A stretch of DNA of 62,659 nt, filler included, from Candidatus Woesearchaeota archaeon (GCA_003695265.1; 7 parts of 7 records of this genome joined end to end with filler, not necessarily neighbours in it); one strand, 5' to 3'. Shown: positions 26,701 through 36,927, counted from the whole stretch's first letter. Numbers and translations: made by a program. The notes: generated from the sequence alone by a model not told the origin.

Positions 26701-29700
26701 TGCATTCGCCTCCCATAAAGCCGTTGCCAGAAATCCAAGTGCAACCAGCGCTAGAAGCGTTATTGCATGCGTTTGCAGCAGCTGTTGAGTTACCGTCTGA
26801 GCTGTCAAATGCCATTCTTGCTATGTCAAAGCACGCGAAAGCCTTGTTCTCGCAAAAGCCACCCATATCAGGGTTGAAAGGATCTGTTATCCAAGTGCAG
26901 TTGCCGTCAGCTGAGCAGCTCGCCTCATCATTATAAAGCACGTCACAAAACACAGGTGCCCAAACGCCTCCGTCAGAAGGCTCGCACTCCCCGCCGAACT
27001 CAGCAGGAGACCAAAGGCATGCTGCCTGCTGCTCACAAGCGCTTTGATTATTATCAAATTGGTAGCAGTCTTCGCTTGTTGTCATGTTTGGCTCGCACCA
27101 TCCAGAGCGCCACTCACAATTGGGGTTAGAGCTGCAAGAAGTGTTGTCTAAGCTGAAGCATTTCGGCTCGCACCAGCCTCCATTCGGCGAATTAGGATCA
27201 AACCTCCAGTAGCAGTACTGCTGGTTGTTGCCGTTAGTGCACTTAGACTGCGAGTCAATGCTTGAATTGTGGCATAAGGCAAACATTTTGAAATCACAGA
27301 ATCCTCCAGCAGGGTTATTTGGATCGTCTACCCAGACGCAGTTTCCTGTGCATCCGCCTTCTGCCTTGCCAATGCAGGAATCCGCTTTTGTCTTATTAAC
27401 ATCGCAGTTTCCTCCGCTTGCCTTATACCTGCAAGCGCCGTTTTGGTTGTTGCATTCTGTTTCAGAATAATCATATTTCCAGCAAACCTCTGATGGGTGG
27501 CCGCACCAGCTTTCGCCCCACTCATCTGTAATCCAAGTGCAGTTTAATGAGGAGCCATTAATGACAGGGCTTGAATTGCAGAGTGCTTGGGTGTTGTATT
27601 TCCAGCACTCATGAACCAAGTCGCCCTCCCCACAGCTAGGGTCAAAAAAGCAGTCAGGATCATCGCAGTCTTTCATGCCGTCATTGTCATCATCCTTGTC
27701 ATTAAAGCATAACTCATCATTAAAGTTCTTCGGCTTACAATAATCCCCATCATCAACCCACACGCAGCTTCCCGCGCTTCCAAGACCGTAAGAAGCGCAC
27801 TCTTCCTCTGAGCACTCAAAGCATTTTTCCAGGCATGTCTTCTTGCTCTTCTTAACACATGTTCCCTGGCTAAGATTGGCAAGGTTGGCGTCCCATTTGC
27901 ATTCCGCCTTGCTCTGCAGGCAAGCAATCTTTGTTTCGTGCTTTGCTGTGCTCGGATCATCAGGTATGTCATTGCAGGCAGCACAGCTTGTGTCGCAGCT
28001 CCCTGCCTTCTCCAAAGAAGAGCTGAAGTCGCACGTTCCAAAACCATTTGGAGCATTAGGATCAGGCGTGAACTCGCAATTAGCCGGTGAGGATTCGCAC
28101 GCAGCTTGAGCCAATGCAAGGCTACTCCAAGCCGAGCCATTATTCTGGGTTTCGCACGCCCAGCAGGACTTCTGACAATTGGAAGCTCCTGTTTTGATGT
28201 CGCACCAGCAGTCCCTGTCTATAAAGTCATCATCAGTACTTGCGGTGTTGTTGTCATTACAGAATTCCTCGCATTTCCAAGAGTAGCCTGCTTTTTCGCA
28301 CAAACCCTTTGTTTTTATGCTGAACACGTCACCATCAGAGCCTATAACATCTTCAGAGTTGAAAGTGCAGTACTGGCCGTCCCACTTGCAAGGCATAAAC
28401 CAGTAAGGACCTGATATTTGCTCGCACAACACTTGGCTTTGATAAGAGTTGTAATCCTCGCAGAAAGTGGCTCCTTCTGGAGGCTCTGCCAGCTTATCAT
28501 GGCAGCTCTTACCAATATAATCTGTAGTGCATTGCCCGTTCCTCCACCTGCAGCAAGTTCCTAATGCTGGTATTTTGTTGCACATATCCTTATCAGTGAT
28601 GTTCTCGCACTGGACGGGAGTGTTTTCAAAGCCCGGTTTTGGTACGCAATCGCTTCCGTTATACTGGCATATGCTAACGTTCTCGCAGCTAGCCTGGTCT
28701 GCCCAGAACAGCCAGCACCCTGGATTGAACTGTGTAATATTATTGCCAGTGTCTACTGGCTCTTTGCATTCGTCAGTCTTAAAGTCGTACCAGCAGTAAT
28801 CTGTTTGTATGCATTCATACTCGTTCCCATCATAGCTACTGCAGTAGCCTTCGGCAGGCTCGCACCATGGGTCTGAGTAAGTACAGTTCAAGCCGTAATT
28901 AGCTGAGTTGTTGCATGCTGTCTCATTATTGTCAAACGCCCAGCAGGCCACTTCCTCGCAGTAAGGGTCATTCCATATGCAGTTAAGGGAATCATTTGGG
29001 TTCTCACAAGCTGTCTGGTTATTGTCAAAGTCCCAGCACTTCTGCTCTTCGCACCAGCCCCAAGTCTCAGTCCTCCAAGTGCAGCCGTTAGCAGAGCAGC
29101 TCGTCTCATTATTGTAAGCCCAGCAGCCTTCCTCATAGCAATAACCATAAGTGCTGTCCCAGAGGCACCCTGCCGACAAGCAGCTTTCATTATCCCAGTG
29201 GTCCCAGCAGCCCTGCTCATAGCACCAGCCGCCGCTGTCAGCGTTCCAAGAACAATTGTTTGTTGTGCAAGAGCTCTCATTATTGTAAGCCCAGCAGCCT
29301 TTCTCATAGCAGTAATTGCCGTTGCTGTCCCAAACACAATTATTGTTTGCTTCACATGTTGTTTGATTCATATAATCCCAGCAGCCTCCCTCTGAGCACC
29401 ATCCAGCATTAGCGTCCCAAAAGCAATTATTATCATTAGTGCAGCTGGTGTTATCAAGATAGTTCCAGCAGCCCTGCTCATAACAGAAGCTTCCTCCTGT
29501 GTCCCATTTGCATTTTGATGAAGCATTACACGCAGACTCGTTTGTGTATTCCCAACATCCTTTCTCATAGCAGTACTCCCAAGTGCTGTCCCAAGAGCAT
29601 TGAGAATGTTGTGTGCAATCATTTTCTGTGGCGTAATTCCAGCATCCCAAGTCATAACACCACCCAGAATCAACCCACTCGCATCCTGTTTGGGCTTCAC

Positions 29701-31978
29701 AATCAGTTTGCGTGCTCTTAGCCCAACACCCCTTGGAGTAGCAGTAAGAACCCTCGTCATCCCAAGCACAGTTGCCAATGCCGTTAGCATCTGCATTACA
29801 CGCTGCTTCTGTAGTGTATTCCCAGCAGTCTTGCTTATAGCAGTAATTGTTCTCCTCATTCCACGCGCAGCCCCTATACCTTTGCTGGTTGCACGCGCTC
29901 GCGTTAGTGTAATTCCAGCAGCCTACTTCGTAACAGTAATTGCTGTTATTGTTCCATAAGCACCCACTAACATTTATGCAGCTTGCCTCAGTGTAATAAT
30001 TCCAACAAGCAACTTCTTGGCAATACCCACCTTCTTCCCAGCCGCACTCGTTGCTTTCAGTGCAGTCAGAGCTTCCGCAACACGCAGTCCTAGTAGTGTA
30101 GCTCCCGCAGCCTCTTTCATAGCAGTTTCCCTTCCAAGCGCAACCAGCGTTCACGCAAGCCGTCTCATTATCGTTGTAGTTCCAGCACTCTAAAGAGTAA
30201 TCGCCGTCGCAGTAAGCGCTCCAAGCACAATCCGAGTCTGCTGAGCAGGTTGCATTGTCCTTATAATTCCAGCATTCTTTTGTAAAGCATTGGCCACCAC
30301 CGTTCCAAATGCATGAGGTGTCTCCTTGGCAGCTGCTTTGGTTGTTGTAATTCCAGCAGCCCTGCTTGTAGCAGCTGAAGCCGTCCCAAACGCAGTTAAG
30401 GTCTGATGAGTGAAGTGAGCACGTAGCATTAGTTGTGAAGCTTCCGCAGCTAACCTCCTCGCAATAATTGCCGTCATAATTCCATTGGCATGCTGTGTTG
30501 TTGTCGCACGCAAGCTGCGTTTTGTAATTCCAGCAGCCTCGGTCTTCGCACCATCCACCGCCGCCCCAAGTGCAGTTGTTAGAAGTGCAAGTATTTTCGT
30601 CAGTATAACTCCAGCAGCCCTGCTCAACGCAAGAGCCAGAGTCAACCCACTCGCAACTAGAGCTTGCTTCGCATGTTGACTCATTAGTGTAATCCCAACA
30701 TCCAGGCTCATAACAATTTTGGGAGTTGTTGTCCCAAACACAACCGTTTAGAGATTCGCAGTCCTGTTGCGTGTGCTGGTCCCAGCAACCCTGCTCGTAA
30801 CAATAGCCGCCCCAAGAATCATTTTGCCAGGCGCAGCCTAGGCTTGAGGCTTCGCAAGAACTCTTATCATTATAATTATGGCATGCTTCTTCCTCACACC
30901 ACCCGTTATTGCTCATCCAGGCGCACCCAGAAATCGCATTACACTCATTTTCAGTGTCAGCATTCCAGCACCCCTGATCCGTGCAGGTATTAGTTTGCTG
31001 GTCCCAAACACAATTGTTTGCTTCACATGTTGTTTGATTCATATAATCCCAGCAGCCCTGCTCAACGCAGGACCCCCATTCGCAACCAGCAGCATTGCAT
31101 GAGGCCTCATCAGTATAACTCCAGCAACTTTCCCCGCCAGGCCCGGCTGGGTGACATTCGTTCTGCCAACTACAGGTTAAGTTTAGGTTATTATTAACGC
31201 ATGCTGTGCTGTTAGTTCCGCTGAACATAAAGCAGTCCTTGAAGGTGCATTTAGAATCAAAGCTGTCCCAATAGCAACCAGCAGCTTCGCAAGTTGACTG
31301 GGTTGAGAGAGACCAGCAACTGTCAGCTTCCTCGCACCAGCTACCCCATTGGTCCTCGTGCCAGACGCATCCTTCTGCAGCATTGCAAGAGTTTTCGCTT
31401 TGGTAGTTCCAGCATCCCTCTTCTCCACAGTACTCGTCTGACTTCCACATACAGCCGTTAGCATTGTCGCATGATGATTGGGTTGAGTATTCCCAGCAAC
31501 CGCTTTGCTCCACGCAGTTCCAGCCATCCCAAACGCATCCAATATCAGAGTGATTTTCGCAGTCTTCTTGAGTGTAATAGTTCCAGCAGTTTTTTTCAGC
31601 GCAGTAAGCTGTGCCGTCCCAGACACAATTGCTTGCAGCTGTGCAAGAAGCATTGTCATGATAATTCCAGCACGCAGCACCTTCCTCGCACCATCCAGTA
31701 GAGCCTTCTGATCTCCAAACGCAGGACTTGTTTATAGATGACGCGTTACCCTCGCATGACTCCTGCGTCCAAAAATCCCAGCAGCCTACTTCATAGCAGT
31801 ACTTGCCCCAAAAATCCCATTTGCACCCTTCTTGTGCCAAGCAGCCGTCTTTGTCATTGTTGTAGTCCCAGCAGTTAGCTGCTGAGGAGTTCTGCGCTAG
31901 TGCAATACCAGCGATAAACAGTATAAGTAGAATTAAGAGTTGTTTATTCATCTGAAAACCACCTTCTTTTTTAAGCAT
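23717..31978 (-). CDS. Giant Cys/Trp-repeat surface protein with PGF-pre-PGF domain and C-terminal TM anchor
   Basis: Signal peptide (likely start ATG 31951); dozens of GCW...C...CxW...C repeats; CxxxxDxDxDGxxDCxDxDC motifs; FN3-like TTYYYKLKVCD; YEASTPSFSYFAI; five CNNNGxC...ENCPxDC repeats; TM followed by basic tail. Confidence 0.88.
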   Translation of the reverse strand: MLKKEGGFQMNKQLLILLILFIAGIALAQNSSAANCWDYNNDKDGCLAQEGCKWDFWGKYCYEVGCWDFWTQESCEGNASSINKSCVWRSEGSTGWCEEGAACWNYHDNASCTAASNCVWDGTAYCAEKNCWNYYTQEDCENHSDIGCVWDGWNCVEQSGCWEYSTQSSCDNANGCMWKSDEYCGEEGCWNYQSENSCNAAEGCVWHEDQWGSWCEEADSCWSLSTQSTCEAAGCYWDSFDSKCTFKDCFMFSGTNSTACVNNNLNLTCSWQNECHPAGPGGESCWSYTDEASCNAAGCEWGSCVEQGCWDYMNQTTCEANNCVWDQQTNTCTDQGCWNADTENECNAISGCAWMSNNGWCEEEACHNYNDKSSCEASSLGCAWQNDSWGGYCYEQGCWDQHTQQDCESLNGCVWDNNSQNCYEPGCWDYTNESTCEASSSCEWVDSGSCVEQGCWSYTDENTCTSNNCTWGGGGWCEDRGCWNYKTQLACDNNTACQWNYDGNYCEEVSCGSFTTNATCSLHSSDLNCVWDGFSCYKQGCWNYNNQSSCQGDTSCIWNGGGQCFTKECWNYKDNATCSADSDCAWSAYCDGDYSLECWNYNDNETACVNAGCAWKGNCYERGCGSYTTRTACCGSSDCTESNECGWEEGGYCQEVACWNYYTEASCINVSGCLWNNNSNYCYEVGCWNYTNASACNQQRYRGCAWNEENNYCYKQDCWEYTTEAACNADANGIGNCAWDDEGSYCYSKGCWAKSTQTDCEAQTGCEWVDSGWCYDLGCWNYATENDCTQHSQCSWDSTWEYCYEKGCWEYTNESACNASSKCKWDTGGSFCYEQGCWNYLDNTSCTNDNNCFWDANAGWCSEGGCWDYMNQTTCEANNNCVWDSNGNYCYEKGCWAYNNESSCTTNNCSWNADSGGWCYEQGCWDHWDNESCLSAGCLWDSTYGYCYEEGCWAYNNETSCSANGCTWRTETWGWCEEQKCWDFDNNQTACENPNDSLNCIWNDPYCEEVACWAFDNNETACNNSANYGLNCTYSDPWCEPAEGYCSSYDGNEYECIQTDYCWYDFKTDECKEPVDTGNNITQFNPGCWLFWADQASCENVSICQYNGSDCVPKPGFENTPVQCENITDKDMCNKIPALGTCCRWRNGQCTTDYIGKSCHDKLAEPPEGATFCEDYNSYQSQVLCEQISGPYWFMPCKWDGQYCTFNSEDVIGSDGDVFSIKTKGLCEKAGYSWKCEEFCNDNNTASTDDDFIDRDCWCDIKTGASNCQKSCWACETQNNGSAWSSLALAQAACESSPANCEFTPDPNAPNGFGTCDFSSSLEKAGSCDTSCAACNDIPDDPSTAKHETKIACLQSKAECKWDANLANLSQGTCVKKSKKTCLEKCFECSEEECASYGLGSAGSCVWVDDGDYCKPKNFNDELCFNDKDDDNDGMKDCDDPDCFFDPSCGEGDLVHECWKYNTQALCNSSPVINGSSLNCTWITDEWGESWCGHPSEVCWKYDYSETECNNQNGACRYKASGGNCDVNKTKADSCIGKAEGGCTGNCVWVDDPNNPAGGFCDFKMFALCHNSSIDSQSKCTNGNNQQYCYWRFDPNSPNGGWCEPKCFSLDNTSCSSNPNCEWRSGWCEPNMTTSEDCYQFDNNQSACEQQAACLWSPAEFGGECEPSDGGVWAPVFCDVLYNDEASCSADGNCTWITDPFNPDMGGFCENKAFACFDIARMAFDSSDGNSTAAANACNNASSAGCTWISGNGFMGGECRHVCWRNSSVFGQDCNSINGCEEFTGWCDPKGAGQMFDKMDAPPTPVGMDDCPETGLAEHADICGMGVKDDFDIFGFGINVVSMLDTATCNGEFVQDMSTWPPTVEEGTGSTPLKAEFYLDSNGISTGGCNSSNNAETGFEFKFVVESTQANKEKVSKYECVNGNWETTSIEASTMAKVMCGEAGGPVVMADKESLDETGKFDLNYNIRLYALTKNISTEAAIDSVSGIFTPGAVDFMKEDCFGVEDTDGDNLPPDKDPDCKFIKKFGGMVFEDCWAPGDEDQDGMTNCDDPDCFFLPDCGGELFDFTVTNDTTMATIASYEVTEFPDSAFVSYSSSEPANGTLLFYYNDSTCNSLNATIYDKGITDSSVPAFRIKHKGKIDDSTLGYSLTNGTTYYYKLKVCDKAGNPCGVTACLNFTTEASIADCGIKCQPVFDVNYVPPEGDSYRSNTQVQWNFGSGFQTKGCGGKAFKKSYNETENVSVKFSDPNASAKWGITLEEMDIKGVVDPNKTSLNESDLIANETDSGIKYVGMDHDAWEDLKDELNPETITICVPGNVDTLYHCPNESAVSVNDCTDVTDYVISGPTYDSSQGCTNFEVPADLGFSVYFGQSSGTSSPLVMKGDSSPSLMKGGGGSPSLMKGGGGSPLMSKGGNTTGTVSKSKTFFYSSMDAGNYTLNVNTDNISFTKIKFVLTADIGSSAKLEVRSLDSKPTSISDAAPLVYNYLEISPTNLNSASDIKIEFRVLNSWITSNGVSDSDVMLYHLVGSSWNKLATTKLSADSQYTTYEASTPSFSYFAIGAAQPASPCNNNGVCDSGETSENCAADCLSAVCNNNSVCDSGETTKNCPSDCPEQAVCNNNGICDSGETSENCPADCPPPVCNNDGTCSGNENTENCPADCPAPPVCNNNGKCEGSENVDNCPNDCKAKAGMSTGTVSIIVVLVLVLILVGSFLYMHYHRKGGGKKLKEEKVDKSNVEESSKLASLKKKLEETKK

Positions 31979-32075
31979 TTTTAAGACTTGTTAAAAAAGA
32001 TAATACCAAAAGAATTTATTGACACACCTGATTTAAATACTTTTCTATTTTACACAGAAATATATACAAATATGG

Positions 32076-34313
32076 TTATTTTTGCTCTATGCTGTCGAGC
32101 CTGTCAGGGTCCTCCATTTTTTCTTCCTTAAACTTCTGCAGCTTCTCTCTTAGCTTTTGGATGTCCATGGATTCAACAGATTCTCCTTTTGGTGGTTCAT
32201 AGGATGCTGGCTTTGAATTCTCGCTGCTATTGCCATGAGACTTTTTGTTGTATATGATGTATGCCAACACGCAAAGCACGAGAACGCCTATTACAATAAT
32301 AAGCCATACTGCCCATCCAATTCCTGAGCCTGAATTTTCTTGGCAGTCGAAAGGGCAGTTTTCGCTGTTCTCAGGCGCTACGCATTCATTGTCATAATTG
32401 CACAATTGAGGCTGCGTTGCTGTATTATCAGTTTTCATATTAGTTTTGTTTTCCTGGCCTGAGCCTGTTTGATTGGTCTTATTTAAGGTTTCATTGTGAG
32501 TGGGTGGAGGAGAGTATTCGCAGCTCTGCGTCTCATTTGGCTTGTTAATGGTTGTGCTGCAATTGTTCAAGTCTGAGCAAATCCTTGTCTGGATTCCTTC
32601 TTGAGAGCAATTGCTCCATTCAGAGCACGACCAGTTTTCTGTGCACGGCTCCTCTGAAATATTCTTCTCTGCTATTGCAAAAAAGCTGAATCCTGGGAGT
32701 GTTGCCTTGTAAGTTATGTATGAGGTGCCTGCGCTGAGCTTTTCAGTTGGAAGCTCGTTCCATTGGCTGTTATTATACCTGAACAATGCTATTTCATCAT
32801 CGCTAACATTGTTTGAGTCAAGCCATTCCCTCTCAACTATGAAGAACACTTCTGCGCTTTCAATTATGCTGTCATCCAGATTATTTGTGCCCACTTCTAT
32901 GAACTTGAAAGTCTTCCTCTGAATAGGTTTTATGGATGAGGGAATATTTTTAAGGGATGCAACCTCAACAGTGACGTCATTAGAATCATTGTTAAGAATA
33001 AAATTAATTTTTGTGAATCCTAAAGAAACCTTGCTGAGAGTCATTGTTTTCTCAGTTGCAGAGTAGATTACAGGCCATTCCTGCGACTGCGATTCATTAA
33101 TGTCAGAGTCGCTGCTAGTGAGATAATTAGTGATGCTTATGTTTGGAGGCAGGTCAATCTCGAAATCAAGCTCAAAAACGTTTGAGTCTATTCCTTGAGC
33201 GCTCCTGCATATAATGTAATATGTGTATTCCCCCTCATCGAGCTCTGGAAAAGTGTACTTATGCCTTTTTTCTCCTGTTGTTGAAAACTTCGTTCCTGAA
33301 TCAAAAGAAAAGTTTTCGTTAGAGCTAAGGGTGCAATTCGCATCAACGTTAGTTGAAACCCTTAGGTATGGTGTGGGGTCTTCTGTGATGTAAGGCGCTT
33401 CGTCATCGCCGCCTATTTGAAGAACATCAATTATTGGGCCCTGGCTCTCTTCCTGAGTTGTTGCAGAATCAGTAACATCAGTTGTGTTCACGTTGTTGTT
33501 AGAGTCAACTGTGTGTATTTTTATAGTATAAGAAGTGTTTGGGCTTAAACCAGTAGCATTGTAATAAGAATTTGAGGTATTCGCAACGTTTGTGTTTCCA
33601 ATGTAAATTATGACGTGGTCAAAATCAGAGTCAGAGGGATTAGTCCAAGCCCAGTAAATCCAGTCTTCTCCTGTGCTCTGCTCAGCCAACCCACTTATTG
33701 AGGCTGGTGGCATTGTGTCAGGCTCAGCATCTGTTGTTGCAGAATCAGTAACATCAGTTGTGTTCACGTTGTTGTTAGAGTCAACTGTGTGAATCTTAAT
33801 AGTGTATGTTGTGCTTGAGTTAAGCCCTGTCGCATGGTAAACCTCGCTTGAAGTAGTGGTCATTTCAACGTCGTTAAGGTAGATTATCACATGATCAAAA
33901 TCAGGGTCAGAAGGATTAGTCCAAGCCCAGTAAATGAAATCAGTCCCAACACTTGTTTCGCCAAGGTTAGAAACTGTTCCTGGGGGCGTTGTGTCAGGAT
34001 TTGCCTGAGTTGTTTGGGTGTCAGAGACTCCTGAGCTCTTGTTGCCAGAAGTGTTAACAGCGTAAACTGTTATTGTGTAGGAAGTTTCAGGGCTTAAGCC
34101 AGTTGCAATGTAAGTTGATATGTCACCGCTTGTCTTTTGCTGGCCGTCAATCTCAACAACCACATGATCGTAATCAGGGTCAGAAGGGTTAGTCCAAGTC
34201 CATTCAATTGACTCGTTAGTTATTGTGCCGGCCTGAAGATTAGTCACTGGCCCAACAGCAAGGACAGCAGAGCTAAGAATTAAAAGCATTAAAAAAATCA
34301 GGCTTTTTTTCAT
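32076..34313 (-). CDS. Surface protein: 3x FN3, PGF-pre-PGF, TSP1-like Cys motif, TM anchor
   Basis: Signal peptide; three WTNPSD...GLxxxTxYTI repeats; YKATLPGFSFFAI; CTENWSCSEWSNC...QTRIC; C-terminal TM. Confidence 0.88.
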   Translation of the reverse strand: MKKSLIFLMLLILSSAVLAVGPVTNLQAGTITNESIEWTWTNPSDPDYDHVVVEIDGQQKTSGDISTYIATGLSPETSYTITVYAVNTSGNKSSGVSDTQTTQANPDTTPPGTVSNLGETSVGTDFIYWAWTNPSDPDFDHVIIYLNDVEMTTTSSEVYHATGLNSSTTYTIKIHTVDSNNNVNTTDVTDSATTDAEPDTMPPASISGLAEQSTGEDWIYWAWTNPSDSDFDHVIIYIGNTNVANTSNSYYNATGLSPNTSYTIKIHTVDSNNNVNTTDVTDSATTQEESQGPIIDVLQIGGDDEAPYITEDPTPYLRVSTNVDANCTLSSNENFSFDSGTKFSTTGEKRHKYTFPELDEGEYTYYIICRSAQGIDSNVFELDFEIDLPPNISITNYLTSSDSDINESQSQEWPVIYSATEKTMTLSKVSLGFTKINFILNNDSNDVTVEVASLKNIPSSIKPIQRKTFKFIEVGTNNLDDSIIESAEVFFIVEREWLDSNNVSDDEIALFRYNNSQWNELPTEKLSAGTSYITYKATLPGFSFFAIAEKNISEEPCTENWSCSEWSNCSQEGIQTRICSDLNNCSTTINKPNETQSCEYSPPPTHNETLNKTNQTGSGQENKTNMKTDNTATQPQLCNYDNECVAPENSENCPFDCQENSGSGIGWAVWLIIVIGVLVLCVLAYIIYNKKSHGNSSENSKPASYEPPKGESVESMDIQKLREKLQKFKEEKMEDPDRLDSIEQK

Positions 34314-34399
34314 TATTCTTACCTCTTTTTTAGTGATAAGTTAAAGAGTATAATCATTAATAAAGATTTCGATTAGATGATCAAGCTATTTAATGAGAT

Positions 34400-36633
34400 T
34401 CATAATGTAGTTATAGGCCTAGCCTGGGTTATCCAGAGATTGTGCTTACTGTCAAACGCGAACTCTATGTCCTGCGGGCACTTGTAGTGCTTTTCTATTT
34501 TCTCACCAATCCTTGACACTTCTTCAATCAGCTTGTTGTCAATACTGAAATGTTCTGTTTTTTCTCTTACCTTGTGGGTTTTTTTGTCCATAAAATAGCT
34601 GTTTGGAGTGACCTGGCCGGAAACTAATGCTTCTCCCAAGCCCTCCACGACTTCTATCAAGATGTATTTTTTATTCACGGGATCAACAGTGAACATCACT
34701 CCAGCGTATTTTGCATTAACCATTTCCTGCACTACAACGCTTATCAAAACGTCCCTATGCCTAAAATTGTTCTTTTCACGATAGTATATTGCCCTGCTCG
34801 TGAACAAAGACGCCCAGCACTTCTGCACAGCCCTTACCACTTCCTTTTCCCCTTTAACATTTAGGTAAGTGTCCTGCTGGCCAGCGAAGCTCGCGCCCGG
34901 CAAGTCCTCAGCAGTTGCGCTTGAGCGAACAGCAACCTTCTTGATTTTTAGTTTTTTGTAGTTCGCAATGATTTCCTTTTTTATGCCTTCAGGAAACTCC
35001 TGCTTTAAAATCAGTTCCCTTATTTTTTTTGACGTGTTCTCTAATTGGCTGGTGTTTTCCACGTCAACCTTGTCTAATAAGCCGTGGATGTGCGCCCCAA
35101 TACCTGTTTCGTCCAAGAACTGCTTGTAAGCGTTCACTGTCACGCAAAAGCCGTTAGGAACAGGAAACTTACTGAACATCTCACCAAGATTAGCCCCTTT
35201 ACCTCCTACAAGAGGGATGTCGCTCTTGTCAATCTCTCTGAACCAAACTATGAGGTCAGGCCTGTAGCGTGTTTTGCTTGTTTTTGATTTTGCCCTTACC
35301 ATTTTTTTTACCTTCCTAATTTTTTCCTGTTTTACAATTTTTTTCCCATCATTTGATATTTTTCTCACGATTCCTTTATTCGCGTCAACTTCAACCAAAT
35401 CGCCGTCTTTTATGGTTTCTGTTGCAAAATGAGTGCCAACAATGCATGGGATTTTGAACTCCCTTGAGATTATTGCAGCATGACTTAACATCCCACCTTC
35501 ATCAGTCACGATTGCTGATGCTTTGCTTGCGATGTCCATCACATTCGGCTGCGTCATTTGCGTTATGAGGATTTCGCCTTTCTTGAACGTTTTTCTCAAT
35601 TCTCTTAATTGCTGGACGTTGTTTGATTCTAGAATTCTTGCAACGCCTGTTGTTCTGCCAGGGTTAGCAACATGCCCTTTTAATTTATTAGTCCTAGGTA
35701 TTTTGTATAATTCGCCAAGTTCTTTTTTGGCAATTTCTTCAGCCTTATCACCAGACTCAAAGATTAGTTTTTTGTTCTTCCATAAGCCCAAAAAGCATTT
35801 TTTTCTCTGCTCCTTGGCTTCTTTGCTTAAGGGCTTGCCAGCCAGCAAGTTCTTGATGTCCTCAATAAGGTAATACAAGCCAATATCATACACATTTTCT
35901 TTTGTCCTTCTTGAAATCTCATTTATCAAGGGGATAATGTAATAATCAGTACCTGCCCAGCAAGACTTCACTTCCATTCTTAAAACAGCTAGTTTTTGGA
36001 GAAGGTCAACGTATGGCCTGATTTTAGGATGCCTCCTCAGAATTTTCTCCTGTTTTTTCTTTAACTTGTCCTTCTCTTTTTTTATGTCCCTTAATTTCAT
36101 ATGGTCCTTATCAAACTTGTACCTTTGAGTTAATGTTTCAATAACATCATCTTTTGTGAAATGAACTGCTACAACCCAAGGGTATTTGTCTGCGTGATTA
36201 AGCAAATTCTTTTTTGAGAACGGCTGCTTAACTAGTCTTTGCCAGTCAATTAGCTCGCGCAGGGCATCATCTGTTTCCACAGGGGTCATCAAGACAGATG
36301 CTTCTTTATCAGAGAATAATCCCTTAATTTTTTTCTGGAGGTAATGAGTTCCTTCTGCCTGCGTTGCCCTGAAATAAGCTATTGTTTTGCACCACTCATC
36401 AGTTATTTTAAGAAGTAAGTTAAATAATTGTTTTTCTGTCAGCTCGTAATATTTTGTTTTTTTTAATTTCTGAAAGAAGGTCTTGTGTTCCTTACATCGC
36501 TTTTCAGCTTCCCTAACAAATTTTTTAGAATAAGCTAAATCAAGATAGTTTTTTCCTCTCTTGATATCATTTTTCAAATCTTCTGTTGAGTGAAAAGTGG
36601 ATATCTTGTTGTTTCTCGCAACCTCAATAATAT
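34400..36633 (-). CDS. PEP-utilising phosphotransferase: helical domain, His-swivel domain, C-terminal PEP-synthase-type ATP-grasp domain (5' truncated)
   Basis: TDEGGMLSHAAIISRE, then VGGKGANLGE, VRSSATAED...FAGQQDT, QDIEF, QARPIT; frame open up to the spacer. Confidence 0.88.
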
Positions 36634-36733
36634 NNNNNNNNNNNNNNNNNNNNNNNNNNNNNNNNNNNNNNNNNNNNTTAATTAATTAANNNNNNNNNNN
36701 NNNNNNNNNNNNNNNNNNNNNNNNNNNNNNNNN
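36634..36733. other. Artificial contig spacer
   Basis: N44-TTAATTAATTAA-N44. Confidence 0.97.
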
Positions 36734-36885
36734 AGGTGCTCAGAAATTGTATATTTCTGGCACCCCAGAAATGTGCGAAGCACATTTCTCGTGGTTTGAG
36801 CAAATCCTGTCATGCGGGATGTTCAGAGTCGATCCTGAAATCCCATAAGCAATGGAAGAGTTTGGCGAAAGTCCCTCCAGGTCCG
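36734..36885 (+). tRNA. 3' end of a truncated tRNA (possibly Arg) with a 59/60 intron of at least 138 nt
   Basis: Ends ...GAGTTTGG-CGAA-AG^T-CCCTC-CAGGTCC-G, the same junction as the tRNA-Cys 59/60 intron; anticodon lost at the contig break. Confidence 0.6.
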
Positions 36886-36927
36886 TTACATTTATTAATA
36901 AATTACCTGTTTAGAAAAAACATTTAA

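Noticed and set aside
29327..33791. Near-identical blocks as possible DGR template/variable repeats
   Set aside because: No adenine-specific mismatches, both copies lie inside the same ORF, and no reverse transcriptase is visible
23717..34313. Periodic CCAGCA-containing repeats as a possible CRISPR array
   Set aside because: The periodicity comes from Cys-Trp codons in one long ORF; there is no invariant repeat-spacer structure and no cas genes
36736..36927. 63-aa ORF
   Set aside because: It overlaps a hairpin-rich tRNA intron and tRNA 3' end and shows no coding signals
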